Source: an uncultured Alcanivoracaceae bacterium (GTDB lineage Bacteria > Pseudomonadota > Gammaproteobacteria > Xanthomonadales > Marinicellaceae). From it: a DNA stretch of 64,000 nt. How positions within the stretch are numbered: position 1 is the stretch's first letter; the number at the start of each line of letters is the position of its first letter. Below the pieces are notes generated by a model, which was not told where the DNA came from, did not search any database, and saw nothing but the letters and a program-made list of their open reading frames with translations. Below are positions 17,595-27,493 of the stretch, in pieces. The position numbers and the translations under genes were made by a program. The stretch lies in the NCBI GenBank assembly GCA_964564165.1, contig CAZLZZ010000001.1:10257-74256 (forward strand). Direction: 5' to 3'.

Positions 17595-18704
17595 ATGCTG
17601 ATATGTATGTCACAGAGTAAAATTTCAACAATGGAAAATTTATCACTTAAAAGTTTAAAATTTAGAATCGACTTAAAATCCACAATAATTTTAATCTTTG
17701 TATTCATATCGTTCTTATCGGCATGTCAAAATCGCCAACAACAATTATTCAAAAAACAGTATTTTATTTTCGGTACTATAATCGACGTTATGGTCTGGCA
17801 TCATGACAAAGAAACAGTCAATCAGGCGCTGCTTGAAGTCGAAACAGAATTAAATGGCATGCATTCGCAGTGGCACGCATGGAAAGCAGGACGTTTACAT
17901 GAAATCAATACAGCGTTGCGCTTAGGAAAGAGCTTTGATTTAACCGACGAGGAAACTGACTTTATTCTTGAGACGAAAAAACTGTCTATACAATCACTGG
18001 GGCATTTTAATCCAGCTATTGGCGAGTTAATTAATCTTTGGGGTTTTCATACCGATGATTATCCTATTACCGACCTGCCCCCTAATGAAAATCATATTGA
18101 AAATTATTTGCAAAACCTTCCCACGATGACTGATATAAGCCTTGTCAATAATCGCATCAGCAGTATAAACCAACGAATTTGGCTGGACTATGGCGGAGTT
18201 GCAAAAGGTTACGCGATTGATAAGGCTATTGGTATACTAAAAAAACACGGCATAATCAATGCAATTGTCAATGCTGGAGGCGACTTACGCAGTATCGGTT
18301 CAAAAGGTGGCAAAAACTGGAAAGTGGCGATTCGCAAACCTAACTCGCAAGATATTCTGGCAGTCATTACCTCTCAAGGAGACGAGTCCATTTTTACCTC
18401 TGGAAACTACCAGCGCTACAAACAATTCAACGGCAAAAGATATGCACATATTATCAACCCCAAAACAGGCCACAGTGTTGAGGAAATTGTATCAGCAACC
18501 GTTATAACCAACAACGGCACAAAAGCCGATGCAGCTGCTACCGCCTTGATAGTTGCAGGCACAAAAGATTGGGAAAAATTGATTAAATCTATGAATTTGG
18601 ATCAAGTATTAATGATAAAAGCCGATGGAACGTGTGTAGCAACGGTAAAAATTATGCAGCGATTAGAACAAAGTGATTTAAGTTGTTTACTTTTAGAATT
18701 GTAA
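17595..18704 (+). CDS. apbE: FAD:protein FMN transferase (ApbE family lipoprotein)
   Basis: Lipobox FLSAC, plus ApbE blocks (DYGGVAKGYAIDKA, VNAGGDLR, TSGNYQRY, HIINPKTG, ADAAATAL). The start is uncertain (ATG at 17595, 17610 or 17631). Confidence 0.85.
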   Translation: MLICMSQSKISTMENLSLKSLKFRIDLKSTIILIFVFISFLSACQNRQQQLFKKQYFIFGTIIDVMVWHHDKETVNQALLEVETELNGMHSQWHAWKAGRLHEINTALRLGKSFDLTDEETDFILETKKLSIQSLGHFNPAIGELINLWGFHTDDYPITDLPPNENHIENYLQNLPTMTDISLVNNRISSINQRIWLDYGGVAKGYAIDKAIGILKKHGIINAIVNAGGDLRSIGSKGGKNWKVAIRKPNSQDILAVITSQGDESIFTSGNYQRYKQFNGKRYAHIINPKTGHSVEEIVSATVITNNGTKADAAATALIVAGTKDWEKLIKSMNLDQVLMIKADGTCVATVKIMQRLEQSDLSCLLLEL

Positions 18705-18904
18705 AATTAGTCGATATCAGGTGCAATATTTTATCCTAATAGCTGGTTAGAGAATAAACAAACCATAGAATATAATAAGGTAACTGATTTGTAGTGAATC
18801 AATTTTCTCGGAGACATTTCTGGTCACTTTTTATCATATAGAGCCATTCTTTTTTTATAAATTTTATGGTACTATTCAGTCAATACAATCAGGGGAAATA
18901 TAAA

Positions 18905-19975
18905 ATGAAAATATTAAACGTGCAATATTTATTAATTTCGGCATCTATTATTCTTATTCTTGGCTTTATGAGTACTGTACAAGCTGAAGAAAAAGCCGAA
19001 GAAGGACATGTTTGGAAAATTGATGATGGTGTATACAGATATGGTAATCCAAAATTTGGTTACTTTTCAATGTTTGTAGTAACTGACGAAGGTGTGGTAG
19101 TCATAGACCCTATGAATACAGGGCATTCAAAAGGCATGTTAAAAGCCATCAATAATCTAACAGATCAACCAGTTAGATATCTTGTTCATACTCATAACCA
19201 CTGGGATCACTCAAAGGGTGGCATGGTGTTTCGTGAACAAGGTGCTAAAATTATCGCGCATATGGAAGCAATAGAGTGGATGAGTGATAATCCACACCCT
19301 GAACTTGTACTACCTGATGAAACCTGGACAGGGATGCAAAAAGAAATCATTCTAGGAGGTAGGGTGATTGAATTACATTATTTGGGGATGAACCATGGAC
19401 AGGGCATGACCGCAATTCTTCTGCCAAAAGAAAAAATTGCTTACATTGCAGATATTGTAACACCGAACCGAATGCTTTTTTCAATAGCGGATTTTAATTT
19501 TAAGGAGTGGGCTAGGAGCTTGTCCGAGAATAGAAAATCTATTACAGAAAATCTGAATTTGTGCCATTTTCAGCTGTTTTTCGTCACATAGCGGAGCTAT
19601 TCTCCTCAAAAAAGCTAAAAATCGCACTAAACCCAGCTTTCCTTCATGACGATTCCTATTCTCGGACAAGCTCCTAGAACACTTAAACATCTTGAAGCCA
19701 TGGATTTTAAACAAGCCATATATTCACATACTCATGCAAAAGAGCCTGTTGGTTCTAAAAAGGATGTCACCCTAACACTCGAATTCATCAATGATTTGCA
19801 AGCAGGCATAATTGCTGAATTCAAAAAAGGGACTTCATTCTATCAAATGTCAACTACACTGAAACTGCCCAAATATGAACATTGGGATTTTTTCAATGAA
19901 TGGTTACCAATCAATGTTTGGAAAATGATGTTTCATATGGAAATGGGACCCTTTCCTTGGAAACCTGAACAGTAA
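18905..19975 (+). pseudogene. MBL-fold metallo-hydrolase gene interrupted by a MITE-B insertion
   Basis: It has a signal peptide and the HTHNHWDH motif. The two ORF halves (to 19591 and from 19646) are in the same frame. Removing 19515-19676 restores ...DFNFKEWARTLKHLEAMDF.... Confidence 0.8.
19513..19676 (+). mobile_element. MITE-B copy 1 (160-bp element plus flanking TA duplication)
   Basis: TIRs are GGAGCTTGTCCGAGAATAGAAAA / TTCCTATTCTCGGACAAGCTCC, flanked by TA on both sides. It is near-identical to 51624-51787. Confidence 0.85.
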
Positions 19976-20014
19976 AAATTTAGTCCGGAAATTTCATATA
20001 AAAAGAGCGCACCT

Positions 20015-20803
20015 ATGACTAGAAAAAGAAAAGATCAAATTTGTGCCTTACTTAAAGGCATAGAAACAGGAGATACAACAGCGGTAGCTGTAGTCAATGA
20101 GGCTAAATACATACAACACAACCCTTTGACTTTGGAAGGTAGCGAGGGTCTTGCGGAATTGTTTGATGGATTATCGAAAACCTCTCCTAGTGTGAATATT
20201 GTCCGTGTTTTCTCAGATAGAAATTATATATTTGCTCATACTGAATACAACTTTACATGTTCGAGTATTGGATTTGAAATTTTCCGTTTTGAAGATGGAT
20301 TCGCCGTTGAACACTGGGACAATATCCAGCAGAGATTTGGCCCTAATCCTTCTGGTCATTCTATGGTAGATGGGCCGACGGAGCCAATAGATTTAGGTAA
20401 GACCGAAGCCAACAGAGAGACTGTGCTTCAATTTATCAATAGTGTGCTTATCGAAGGTAAGCTGGTCAATATAGAAGATTTCATCGATGCAAAATGCTTC
20501 ACTGAGCATAATCCACGCAATTTTGACGGCCTGTCGGCTTTACGCTCAACTTTAACTGGTGCCACCAGCCCTGCTATTCAATATAAAAAAGTACACAGTA
20601 TTTTTGCAGAAGGGTGTTTTGTTCTAAGTGTCTGTGAGGGTTATTATGATGGAGCCCATTCATCGTTTTATGATTTGTTTCGGGTTCAAGATAACAAAAT
20701 TGTGGAGCACTGGGATACCGTAGACGCTATTCCTCCTCGCAGTGAATGGCAAAACCAAAATGGTAAATTTGGATTCCCCGATATCATTGACATAGAAAAT
20801 TAG
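20015..20803 (+). CDS. Tandem SnoaL-like / NTF2-fold protein
   Basis: 262 aa with two repeats of the SnoaL-like pattern (YIQHNP...EHWD and FTEHNP...EHWD). Confidence 0.65.
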   Translation: MTRKRKDQICALLKGIETGDTTAVAVVNEAKYIQHNPLTLEGSEGLAELFDGLSKTSPSVNIVRVFSDRNYIFAHTEYNFTCSSIGFEIFRFEDGFAVEHWDNIQQRFGPNPSGHSMVDGPTEPIDLGKTEANRETVLQFINSVLIEGKLVNIEDFIDAKCFTEHNPRNFDGLSALRSTLTGATSPAIQYKKVHSIFAEGCFVLSVCEGYYDGAHSSFYDLFRVQDNKIVEHWDTVDAIPPRSEWQNQNGKFGFPDIIDIEN

Positions 20804-20870
20804 CACGTAAGTTTGGCTGAACAACGCGTAGCCCAACAACAGACTTTGCATACAGGTCACCTATTATTTG

Positions 20871-21416
20871 CTATTTTAAATATTTTTCCATACGAATATC
20901 CGCCCACATTTTACCCTGCCAAAGCGTGAACTCTTTGGTGCTTCCGATTTCTTGATAGCCTCCATTTTTGTACAATGCGAGAGCGGGAGTGTTGAATGCA
21001 AACACCCCTAATTCGATCCGGTTAAGGCCTTGCAACTTGATCTGTTTTTCAAGATAAACAAGCGCTTTCGAGCCCACGCCTTTTTCGCGTGCTAAAGCTT
21101 CGCCAATCATCATTCCTATCCAAGCTGTTGCGGGCTCTTTTTTATGTAAAAACCCGAAATCTGTTTGAAAATTCATTGCACCGACAAGTTGTCCATCCAA
21201 TTAGATTAAATATATAAAACAGTGTTTGATGCGTTCTGTGAGCATAGCCACGGTAACAGGTTTTTGTGCTGCAAGTTCAACTTTGTTGCGATTTGGACGA
21301 ATCAGAGGAATAAGCTTAGTGTCATTCTCCCATTTGTTAAAAGCATTGGCAATTTCAGGTGTAGGTGTGATGAGTTGTACAAACTTTGTTTTCATGAGGG
21401 TAAATTGTTGATGCAT
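20871..21416 (-). pseudogene. GNAT N-acetyltransferase with an in-frame TAA stop
   Basis: The ORFs 21416-21201 and 21200-20871 share one frame and are separated only by TAA (21203-21201): ...KHCFIYLI*LDGQLVGAMNF.... The downstream part carries the GNAT acetyl-CoA motif (REKGVGSKAL). Confidence 0.75.
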
Positions 21417-21584
21417 GTATTCAATGTAAAAACTATGACAAATAAATACAAAAATGATTCCTTATGAGTGGGTATTATTTTTTTAGAAAACCAAGCTAAC
21501 AAATTGTCAATCCGCACATTTCGTAAAATCGAAAAAAATAGCGGTATCTATAATCAATAGCAGTTATTGATTGTTAGATTTTTT

Positions 21585-22523
21585 CTACAAACCTGACTTG
21601 TTGTCACCAGAGGTTTTCAAAAACCCTGTCTTCTTCCTGGCCCTTGGGTGAGCCTTATCATAAACTTTTGCCAAGTGTTGGAAATTTAGATGGGTATAAA
21701 TTTGCGTACTTGAAATATCAACGTGCCCTAGCATTTCTTGAACGGCACGAAGATTGCCACTGGATTCTAGAACATGGGAAGCAAAAGAATGGCGCAATAA
21801 ATGTGGATAGACCCGCTCCCATAAGCCCATGCGTTGTGCCCAATATTTTATTCGGGCTTGTATACTGCGTTGTTTAAACTGCCCGCCTCTTTTTGAAATG
21901 AAAACATAACCTGATTCACTAATATCCCACAATTTACCAATAGGCCTCCAATGTTCAAGCGCAATCAAGGCGTGTTTGCCGACGGGAATTAGGCGTTGTT
22001 TATTGCCTTTGCCCGTTACGGTCACTAGAGCTTGTTCAAAATCAAGATTCAACCAATAAAGGTTAGACAGTTCGCTCAACCTCAAACCCGAAGAATAAAA
22101 CAATTCTATAATGGCTTTATCACGAGCGGCAATTTCTGACTCAATAGGGATATTTAACAACCTGTTTACGGTATCAACATCCAATACTTCAGGCAGCTTA
22201 CTGCCCATTTTTGGTGTGCTAACCAGCTCTACGGGGTTGCTAACTATGCCTTTGTTGTGCAAAATATAAGCAAAGAGGCTATTCAGGGAAGAACGGTATC
22301 TAGCCAGGGATTTGGGGCTGATGTTTTGGCTGAATTGATCAACAAAAAATTGACCAATAATTGTATCGGTAATAGATTCAACATGGGTGGTACTGTGATG
22401 TTGTTTAAGAAACGCAATAAAATCATTAATATCACGCCGATAGGCCTTTAATGTAAGGACAGCAAGATTTCGTTGAACTTGACAGTGTTCTAGATATTTT
22501 TGTTTCCAATCATTGAGGTTCAT
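21585..22523 (-). CDS. xerC: Tyrosine recombinase XerC
   Basis: It has the R...HxxR...Y catalytic pattern (HLLRHSFASHVLE, GHVDISSTQIYTH) and sits in the conserved position after dapF-yigA. Confidence 0.9.
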   Translation of the reverse strand: MNLNDWKQKYLEHCQVQRNLAVLTLKAYRRDINDFIAFLKQHHSTTHVESITDTIIGQFFVDQFSQNISPKSLARYRSSLNSLFAYILHNKGIVSNPVELVSTPKMGSKLPEVLDVDTVNRLLNIPIESEIAARDKAIIELFYSSGLRLSELSNLYWLNLDFEQALVTVTGKGNKQRLIPVGKHALIALEHWRPIGKLWDISESGYVFISKRGGQFKQRSIQARIKYWAQRMGLWERVYPHLLRHSFASHVLESSGNLRAVQEMLGHVDISSTQIYTHLNFQHLAKVYDKAHPRARKKTGFLKTSGDNKSGL

Positions 22524-22538
22524 GGTTACGCAAGGTTT

Positions 22539-23240
22539 TTAGTTTTGAGCGGATATTTCTTTGATTGAAGAAAAAGTGTTTTTAAGTTTGCGATCAAGGA
22601 TTTGCGAAAGTCTCGCCAATAAATCGGTCGACATCCCTGGGTTAAATTTGTTTTCATCAAAACTAGAAAATACCAACAAGCCTTTTTGTGCGCGAGAACC
22701 AATAGGCAGGATAACAGTCGAGCCAATTTTTTCTGCTCTTTGGCCAAAGATAAATTCAAGTTTGTCTTTTTGTAGACGACCACAAATTGGTGCATTGTTT
22801 TTAATAAAATCAGCAAAAATACGGGTAAATTCTTCTTGGTCTTCTACACACAACACAGAAGCCGTTGGTTTTAAATTCTCATAGGTTGGAAGCACAATTT
22901 TAAACAAATCCGAGTCAAAGGACTGTTTTACAAATCGGGTAAAGTGTTTGGTGACATTGGCAACATGAGAAATTTGGCTCAGTTGTAGGGTCAGCTCAAA
23001 TACTAAGGACATGGTTTTTTCATTCTCTTCTGCGTAACCAATCAATTTAGATAAGCGTGATTTCAACTGGTTGTTTCTTTCTTTTAGTACATTGACTTGG
23101 TGATTGACCAGACTTGCAACTTTACCATTTTTGTTGCTGACTTTTAAGGCTTCAAGTTGTTCGGGGTGGCGAACAAAAAAGTCAGTATTAGAGGACAAAT
23201 AGTTAATGACATCATTGTCTGTAATGGTTTTATGGGTCAT
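22539..23240 (-). CDS. DUF484 (YigA) family protein
   Basis: 233 aa. The N-terminal FFVRHPE pattern and its location between dapF and xerC are typical. It overlaps the dapF stop by 4 nt. Confidence 0.8.
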   Translation of the reverse strand: MTHKTITDNDVINYLSSNTDFFVRHPEQLEALKVSNKNGKVASLVNHQVNVLKERNNQLKSRLSKLIGYAEENEKTMSLVFELTLQLSQISHVANVTKHFTRFVKQSFDSDLFKIVLPTYENLKPTASVLCVEDQEEFTRIFADFIKNNAPICGRLQKDKLEFIFGQRAEKIGSTVILPIGSRAQKGLLVFSSFDENKFNPGMSTDLLARLSQILDRKLKNTFSSIKEISAQN

Positions 23241-24016
23241 AATTTAATTTCTCCAGTAAATACATGGGTTGCAGAGCCTGTTAGCAACAGATTGTTTGTC
23301 GATGGTTGATATTCTACCACCAGATCTCCACCTGGAAGCATAACTTTCACCCTATTGTTGAGTTTTCCAATGAATTGTAAAGCTGCCACACTGGCACAAG
23401 CGCCACTACCACAGGCCAAAGTTTCTCCCGTTCCTCTTTCAAACACTCTGATTTTAATGGTGTCTTTGGCAAGGATTTCAACCACCTCAAAATTAATGCC
23501 ACTGACATAATTCTTGGCGAGTTGTTGATTTAGCGCAGATAACTGACAATTGTCAACATCATCGACAACATTAACCAAGTGAGGGTTGCCAAAGTCCACT
23601 TGAAAACAGATTTGATCATCAATCACAATCCCTTGAATGGACGAAGTTTGACCCATATTTACCCGCACATCACCATTTTCTAAAATTTCAGAATACATCA
23701 GCCCAGCCAATCCAGAGAGGCAAAATTGGCTTTTAGTGGGTTCTAGTTGGTGCAAATATTTGCTGATACAGCGTTGTCCATTTCCGCATTGTTCTGCTTG
23801 TGAGCCATCGGGGTTATAAAACCGATAAGCGGCATCGCAACCCTCTTCTTTAGAGTGATCAACAACCAACAACTGATCAAAGCCAATTCCCCTGTGTCGA
23901 TCGCTTAAGGATTTAACCAAAGCAAGTGTGATTTCAGTGTTTTGTTTTCTATTGTCGATTAAAACAAAATCATTGCCTAAGCCGTGCATTTTCTCAAAAA
24001 CAAAGGGTTTATTCAT
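23237..24016 (-). CDS. dapF: Diaminopimelate epimerase
   Basis: FEKMHGLGNDF, the catalytic Cys blocks CGNGQRC and ACGSGACA, and FGNPH. Confidence 0.95.
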   Translation of the reverse strand: MNKPFVFEKMHGLGNDFVLIDNRKQNTEITLALVKSLSDRHRGIGFDQLLVVDHSKEEGCDAAYRFYNPDGSQAEQCGNGQRCISKYLHQLEPTKSQFCLSGLAGLMYSEILENGDVRVNMGQTSSIQGIVIDDQICFQVDFGNPHLVNVVDDVDNCQLSALNQQLAKNYVSGINFEVVEILAKDTIKIRVFERGTGETLACGSGACASVAALQFIGKLNNRVKVMLPGGDLVVEYQPSTNNLLLTGSATHVFTGEIKL

Positions 24017-24147
24017 TCGGAAGTTTGTTCAACGTCTGTAGGCTTTGGTTCTTTATCGGGTAGGTACAAATCCCCTTTGTTGCCGCATGCAGAGATTGAC
24101 AAATATACAGCCAAAAAAATAATAACACGTAAGATAGAAGTCTTCAT
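24013..24147 (-). CDS. lptM: LptM (YifL) small lipoprotein
   Basis: This 44-aa ORF is below the ORF-track cutoff: MKTSILRVIIFLAVYLSISACGNKGDLYLPDKEPKPTDVEQTSE. It has a lipobox (LSISAC) and the conserved GxKGxLYLP motif. It has an ATGA overlap with the dapF start and is in the canonical position upstream of dapF. Confidence 0.7.
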   Translation of the reverse strand: MKTSILRVIIFLAVYLSISACGNKGDLYLPDKEPKPTDVEQTSE

Positions 24148-24231
24148 TGATAGAAATTCATTGTGAATATTGGAAAATAACACCAATTCAGACTAAAATC
24201 AACCCGAATAAATATTAAAGACGCAGAATCA

Positions 24232-24894
24232 ATGAGTTTAGAAAAAATAATTTCAGAAACAGGCGATAATCCAAAAATCGCAATCATTTGGATGCACGGG
24301 CTTGGTGCAGACGGCAATGACTTTGCACCCGTGGTTCCGCAATTCCATATTCCAGAATTGCCGATTAAATTTATCTTCCCTCATGCACCAAAAATACCAG
24401 TAACCATCAATGGCGGAATGGTGATGCCTGCATGGTACGACATTTTGTCCATGGACATAGATTCTCGTGCTGATGTGCAAGGTGTTTTGATATCAGAAAA
24501 ACGGGTTCTTGAACTCATAGAAGAACAAGTTGCAGAGGGGTTCAAATACGAACAAATTGTTTTGGCTGGGTTTTCTCAAGGAGGAGCCATGAGCCTACAC
24601 GTGAGCACTCGATTGAATAAAAAAATAGCGGGAATTATTGCTTTATCCAGTTACTTACCTGTTGCACGACTGTTACATGACGACAAAAACACCAGTAATT
24701 TAAGCACGCCAATTTTTATGGGACACGGCACACAAGACCCGGTGGTTCCTTATTCCCTTGGTCAAGCAAGTCGCGATAAATTGATACAAGCAGGCTATAA
24801 AATTGCATGGCACGATTATCCCATGCAACACGGGGTTTGTATGGATGAGTTAATGGACATAAAACAATGGCTAATCACGAACATAAAAGTCTAA
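24232..24894 (+). CDS. Carboxylesterase/phospholipase family alpha/beta hydrolase
   Basis: 220 aa. WMHGLGADG, GFSQGGAM (Ser nucleophile), GHGTQDPVV, and a catalytic His region. Confidence 0.8.
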   Translation: MSLEKIISETGDNPKIAIIWMHGLGADGNDFAPVVPQFHIPELPIKFIFPHAPKIPVTINGGMVMPAWYDILSMDIDSRADVQGVLISEKRVLELIEEQVAEGFKYEQIVLAGFSQGGAMSLHVSTRLNKKIAGIIALSSYLPVARLLHDDKNTSNLSTPIFMGHGTQDPVVPYSLGQASRDKLIQAGYKIAWHDYPMQHGVCMDELMDIKQWLITNIKV

Positions 24895-25871
24895 ACCTGC
24901 TATACCAGCTATACCAATTTTTATTGGAAAACCCAATTCAATACTTAAGTGACTTGGAGGCAAGCCTTGGTGTACCAAAGCAAGATTTGGTTTCGCATTT
25001 TAAAACATTAGAATCAATGGGTTTAGATTTTTTTTATAGCAATGAAAAAGTTGAATTGAACCATTCAATCGATGCCATTAATCTTAAATTTTTACAAGAA
25101 GAATTAATTTTAAAAAATATTGAAAAACCCATTCATTATAGCTTCACAACAACCTCAACCAACCAATTGGCAAGCAACAACAAAATTCCATCAATCTACA
25201 TCACCGACTCACAAAGCAAAGGCAAAGGGCGACAAAACAAAACATGGGTCACGCCACTGGGACAGTCCGTCGCCATAAGTATAAGCCATGCTTTTAACTG
25301 TGGTTTAAGCGAAATATCGGGTTTAAACATTGCCATTGGTGTGGCAATAATAAACACCATTGAACAATTCGAAGACAAAGGAGGCAAAGGAGTAAAAAAA
25401 ATAGGTTTAAAGTGGCCCAATGATGTCATTGGAGAAAAGGGCAAAATAGCAGGGATATTAATAGAGGCTTCAGGCAACAATAAGTCCTGTTTTGTGGTGA
25501 TTGGCATCGGCTTAAACTGGAATGTTCGACAATCCATTTTAGACAAAGTAGATAGAAAATGCATGAACCTAGGGCTCAAAGGCGTTTCTCGGACTCAGTT
25601 CTTAGCGGCATTAATTATCAATGTAGACCTATTAATCCAAGAATTTATACAACACAAACTAAAAAATATTGTACCCATCTGGAAAAAATACGATTGTTAC
25701 AAGGGCAAAACCATTAATGTCATCCAAGATAAAACCGTCAAATCAGCCAAATACAACGGTATCAATTCTCAAGGATATTTGTCTGTAGAAATGCAAGGAA
25801 GGACAAAACTGTTGGCCAGTGGTGAAGTGACCCCCTATGTGACGATAAGAAAGGTCGAAGACAAAAGCTAA
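24867..25871 (+). CDS. birA: Bifunctional biotin-[acetyl-CoA-carboxylase] ligase / bio repressor
   Basis: It has an N-terminal winged HTH, a GKGRQNKTW (GRGRxGRxW-type) motif, and KWPNDV. Confidence 0.9.
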   Translation: MANHEHKSLNLLYQLYQFLLENPIQYLSDLEASLGVPKQDLVSHFKTLESMGLDFFYSNEKVELNHSIDAINLKFLQEELILKNIEKPIHYSFTTTSTNQLASNNKIPSIYITDSQSKGKGRQNKTWVTPLGQSVAISISHAFNCGLSEISGLNIAIGVAIINTIEQFEDKGGKGVKKIGLKWPNDVIGEKGKIAGILIEASGNNKSCFVVIGIGLNWNVRQSILDKVDRKCMNLGLKGVSRTQFLAALIINVDLLIQEFIQHKLKNIVPIWKKYDCYKGKTINVIQDKTVKSAKYNGINSQGYLSVEMQGRTKLLASGEVTPYVTIRKVEDKS

Positions 25872-25874
25872 AGG

Positions 25875-26621
25875 TTGACTAATCCTAAAAATAGTTTAAC
25901 ATTCAAATTACTTTCAGGTTCAATTGTAATTTACTCAATGTTGTTTATAAGATTCCTTTTCCTTGTTGCTCTGCTATCCAATATCGCGCTGTATATTTAT
26001 GCACGCCAGAATATGCCCAAGCAAGAGAAGTTTGTTGCCGTTGACCCAGGTGTGAAAAAGCTGGTGTTGTTGAGTGAACAAGACGTTGAAAACACCATTT
26101 GGGAAGGTCAAGAAACGCAAATGGACAATCAAAACAACCAAGACAAACAACAGGCCTTTAATCAGGAATGTTATACAGTCGGTGTCTTTAATGCCAAATC
26201 AGAGATTCAGCCCATTCTTGACGCGCTAAAAAACAGCGTATTAAAGATAAGAACCCGAAAAGTTATTTCAACTCAAGAGGTGGGTTATTGGGTGTATATC
26301 CCCGCATTAACATCAAGACAAGAAGCCTTAAGCATTGGTAGAAAATTATCTGAAAATGCTATTGAAGATTACTATGTGGTTACGGTTGGAGAAAATGAAA
26401 ACACCATTTCATTAGGTCTATACAGAGACAGCATCAATGCCGATGCCCGCTTGCAAGAACTCATTAGTCGAGGGTTCAATGCAGAAAAACAAATCAAAGT
26501 AGAACAATGGCCAGAATTTTGGTTAGATTATGCCATTGCCTCAGATCAAATAGAGAACCTGACAGATATTACCGAAATCAACCCCGATATTGCAGCAAAT
26601 CAAGTGGAATGTAACTGGTAG
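25875..26621 (+). CDS. SPOR-domain membrane protein
   Basis: TTG start, one TM segment, and a C-terminal SPOR-like region (GYWVYIP...ISLGLYRDSINA). The start is uncertain. Confidence 0.6.
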   Translation: MTNPKNSLTFKLLSGSIVIYSMLFIRFLFLVALLSNIALYIYARQNMPKQEKFVAVDPGVKKLVLLSEQDVENTIWEGQETQMDNQNNQDKQQAFNQECYTVGVFNAKSEIQPILDALKNSVLKIRTRKVISTQEVGYWVYIPALTSRQEALSIGRKLSENAIEDYYVVTVGENENTISLGLYRDSINADARLQELISRGFNAEKQIKVEQWPEFWLDYAIASDQIENLTDITEINPDIAANQVECNW

Positions 26622-26762
26622 ACCCCTTGCTACAGACTTTGTGGCATCCTAACCTAAATATTTCATACAATCGGCACAAAACAGGTGTTTTTTCATAAAT
26701 TCCATTCTTGTATGAAATATTCAGGCTAAAGCCCAAATTTTGTATAAAAAATAAAAAACCTA

Positions 26763-26791
26763 TTGAAATTGATAATTGTTTTCACTATACT
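26763..26791 (+). promoter_or_regulatory. Putative sigma70 promoter of tRNA-Thr
   Basis: TTGAAA (26763-26768), a 17-nt spacer, then TATACT (26786-26791). It ends 15 nt before the tRNA 5' end. Confidence 0.5.
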
Positions 26792-26805
26792 GCACAACCT
26801 CAAAT

Positions 26806-26881
<76 letters not shown>

Positions 26882-27133
26882 TTTTTTTGATTTTTATTAC
26901 CTTATTAACCACCCATCTCAATGCCTGAAAAAATATTCACTTACCATTTTTCATATCTTTTTAGTCTTTTCTGAAAATGATGCATACTTAAAGTCGAGCC
27001 CTTCGGGGAGTTCAAGGCTTTCCAATCTCATCAGTTAATGATTTTGTTAGAGAATAACTATGACTGCAACCATTAACTTTGACCTTGAAAAGCCTTGAAT
27101 TCCTGAGAATATCAAATAAACCATAGATTCCTT

Positions 27134-27373
27134 TCAAGCTTGTGAAACATTATCATTAAACATGGTACAAACTAAGTCGATAATTGAACCACCTTCACCA
27201 ATCCCAAAATCATACCAAGAGTTTAGAATTTTATTCACCTTAAAAGACGGGGTATTATCCTCATGTAAAGGGCTTTTATACCATAAGTCATCACCAGTTG
27301 ATTTAACAGGTTTATGGTTAAGCTTATTTAAAAAATGCTCAATTGGGATTTGTTTGGCTTGCTTTGAGTTCAT
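27134..27373 (-). pseudogene. N-terminal fragment of a mobile-element DNA primase (CHC2-zinc-finger-like domain), truncated
   Basis: The 79-aa ORF contains WYKSPLHEDNTPSFKVNKILNSWYDFGIGEGGSIIDLV, typical of the N-terminal domain of conjugative-element or phage primases. No Toprim or helicase part follows. Confidence 0.5.
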
Positions 27374-27493
27374 GATTTAACGAGTTAGCAGGTTGTCTCT
27401 ATTCTAAATAATATTGAGATAATTACAATTTTTTCTTTTTCTCAGCAAGATTTCAAAAGTCATTGTTTGACTTTTCCAAAATTTCCTTAAAAT

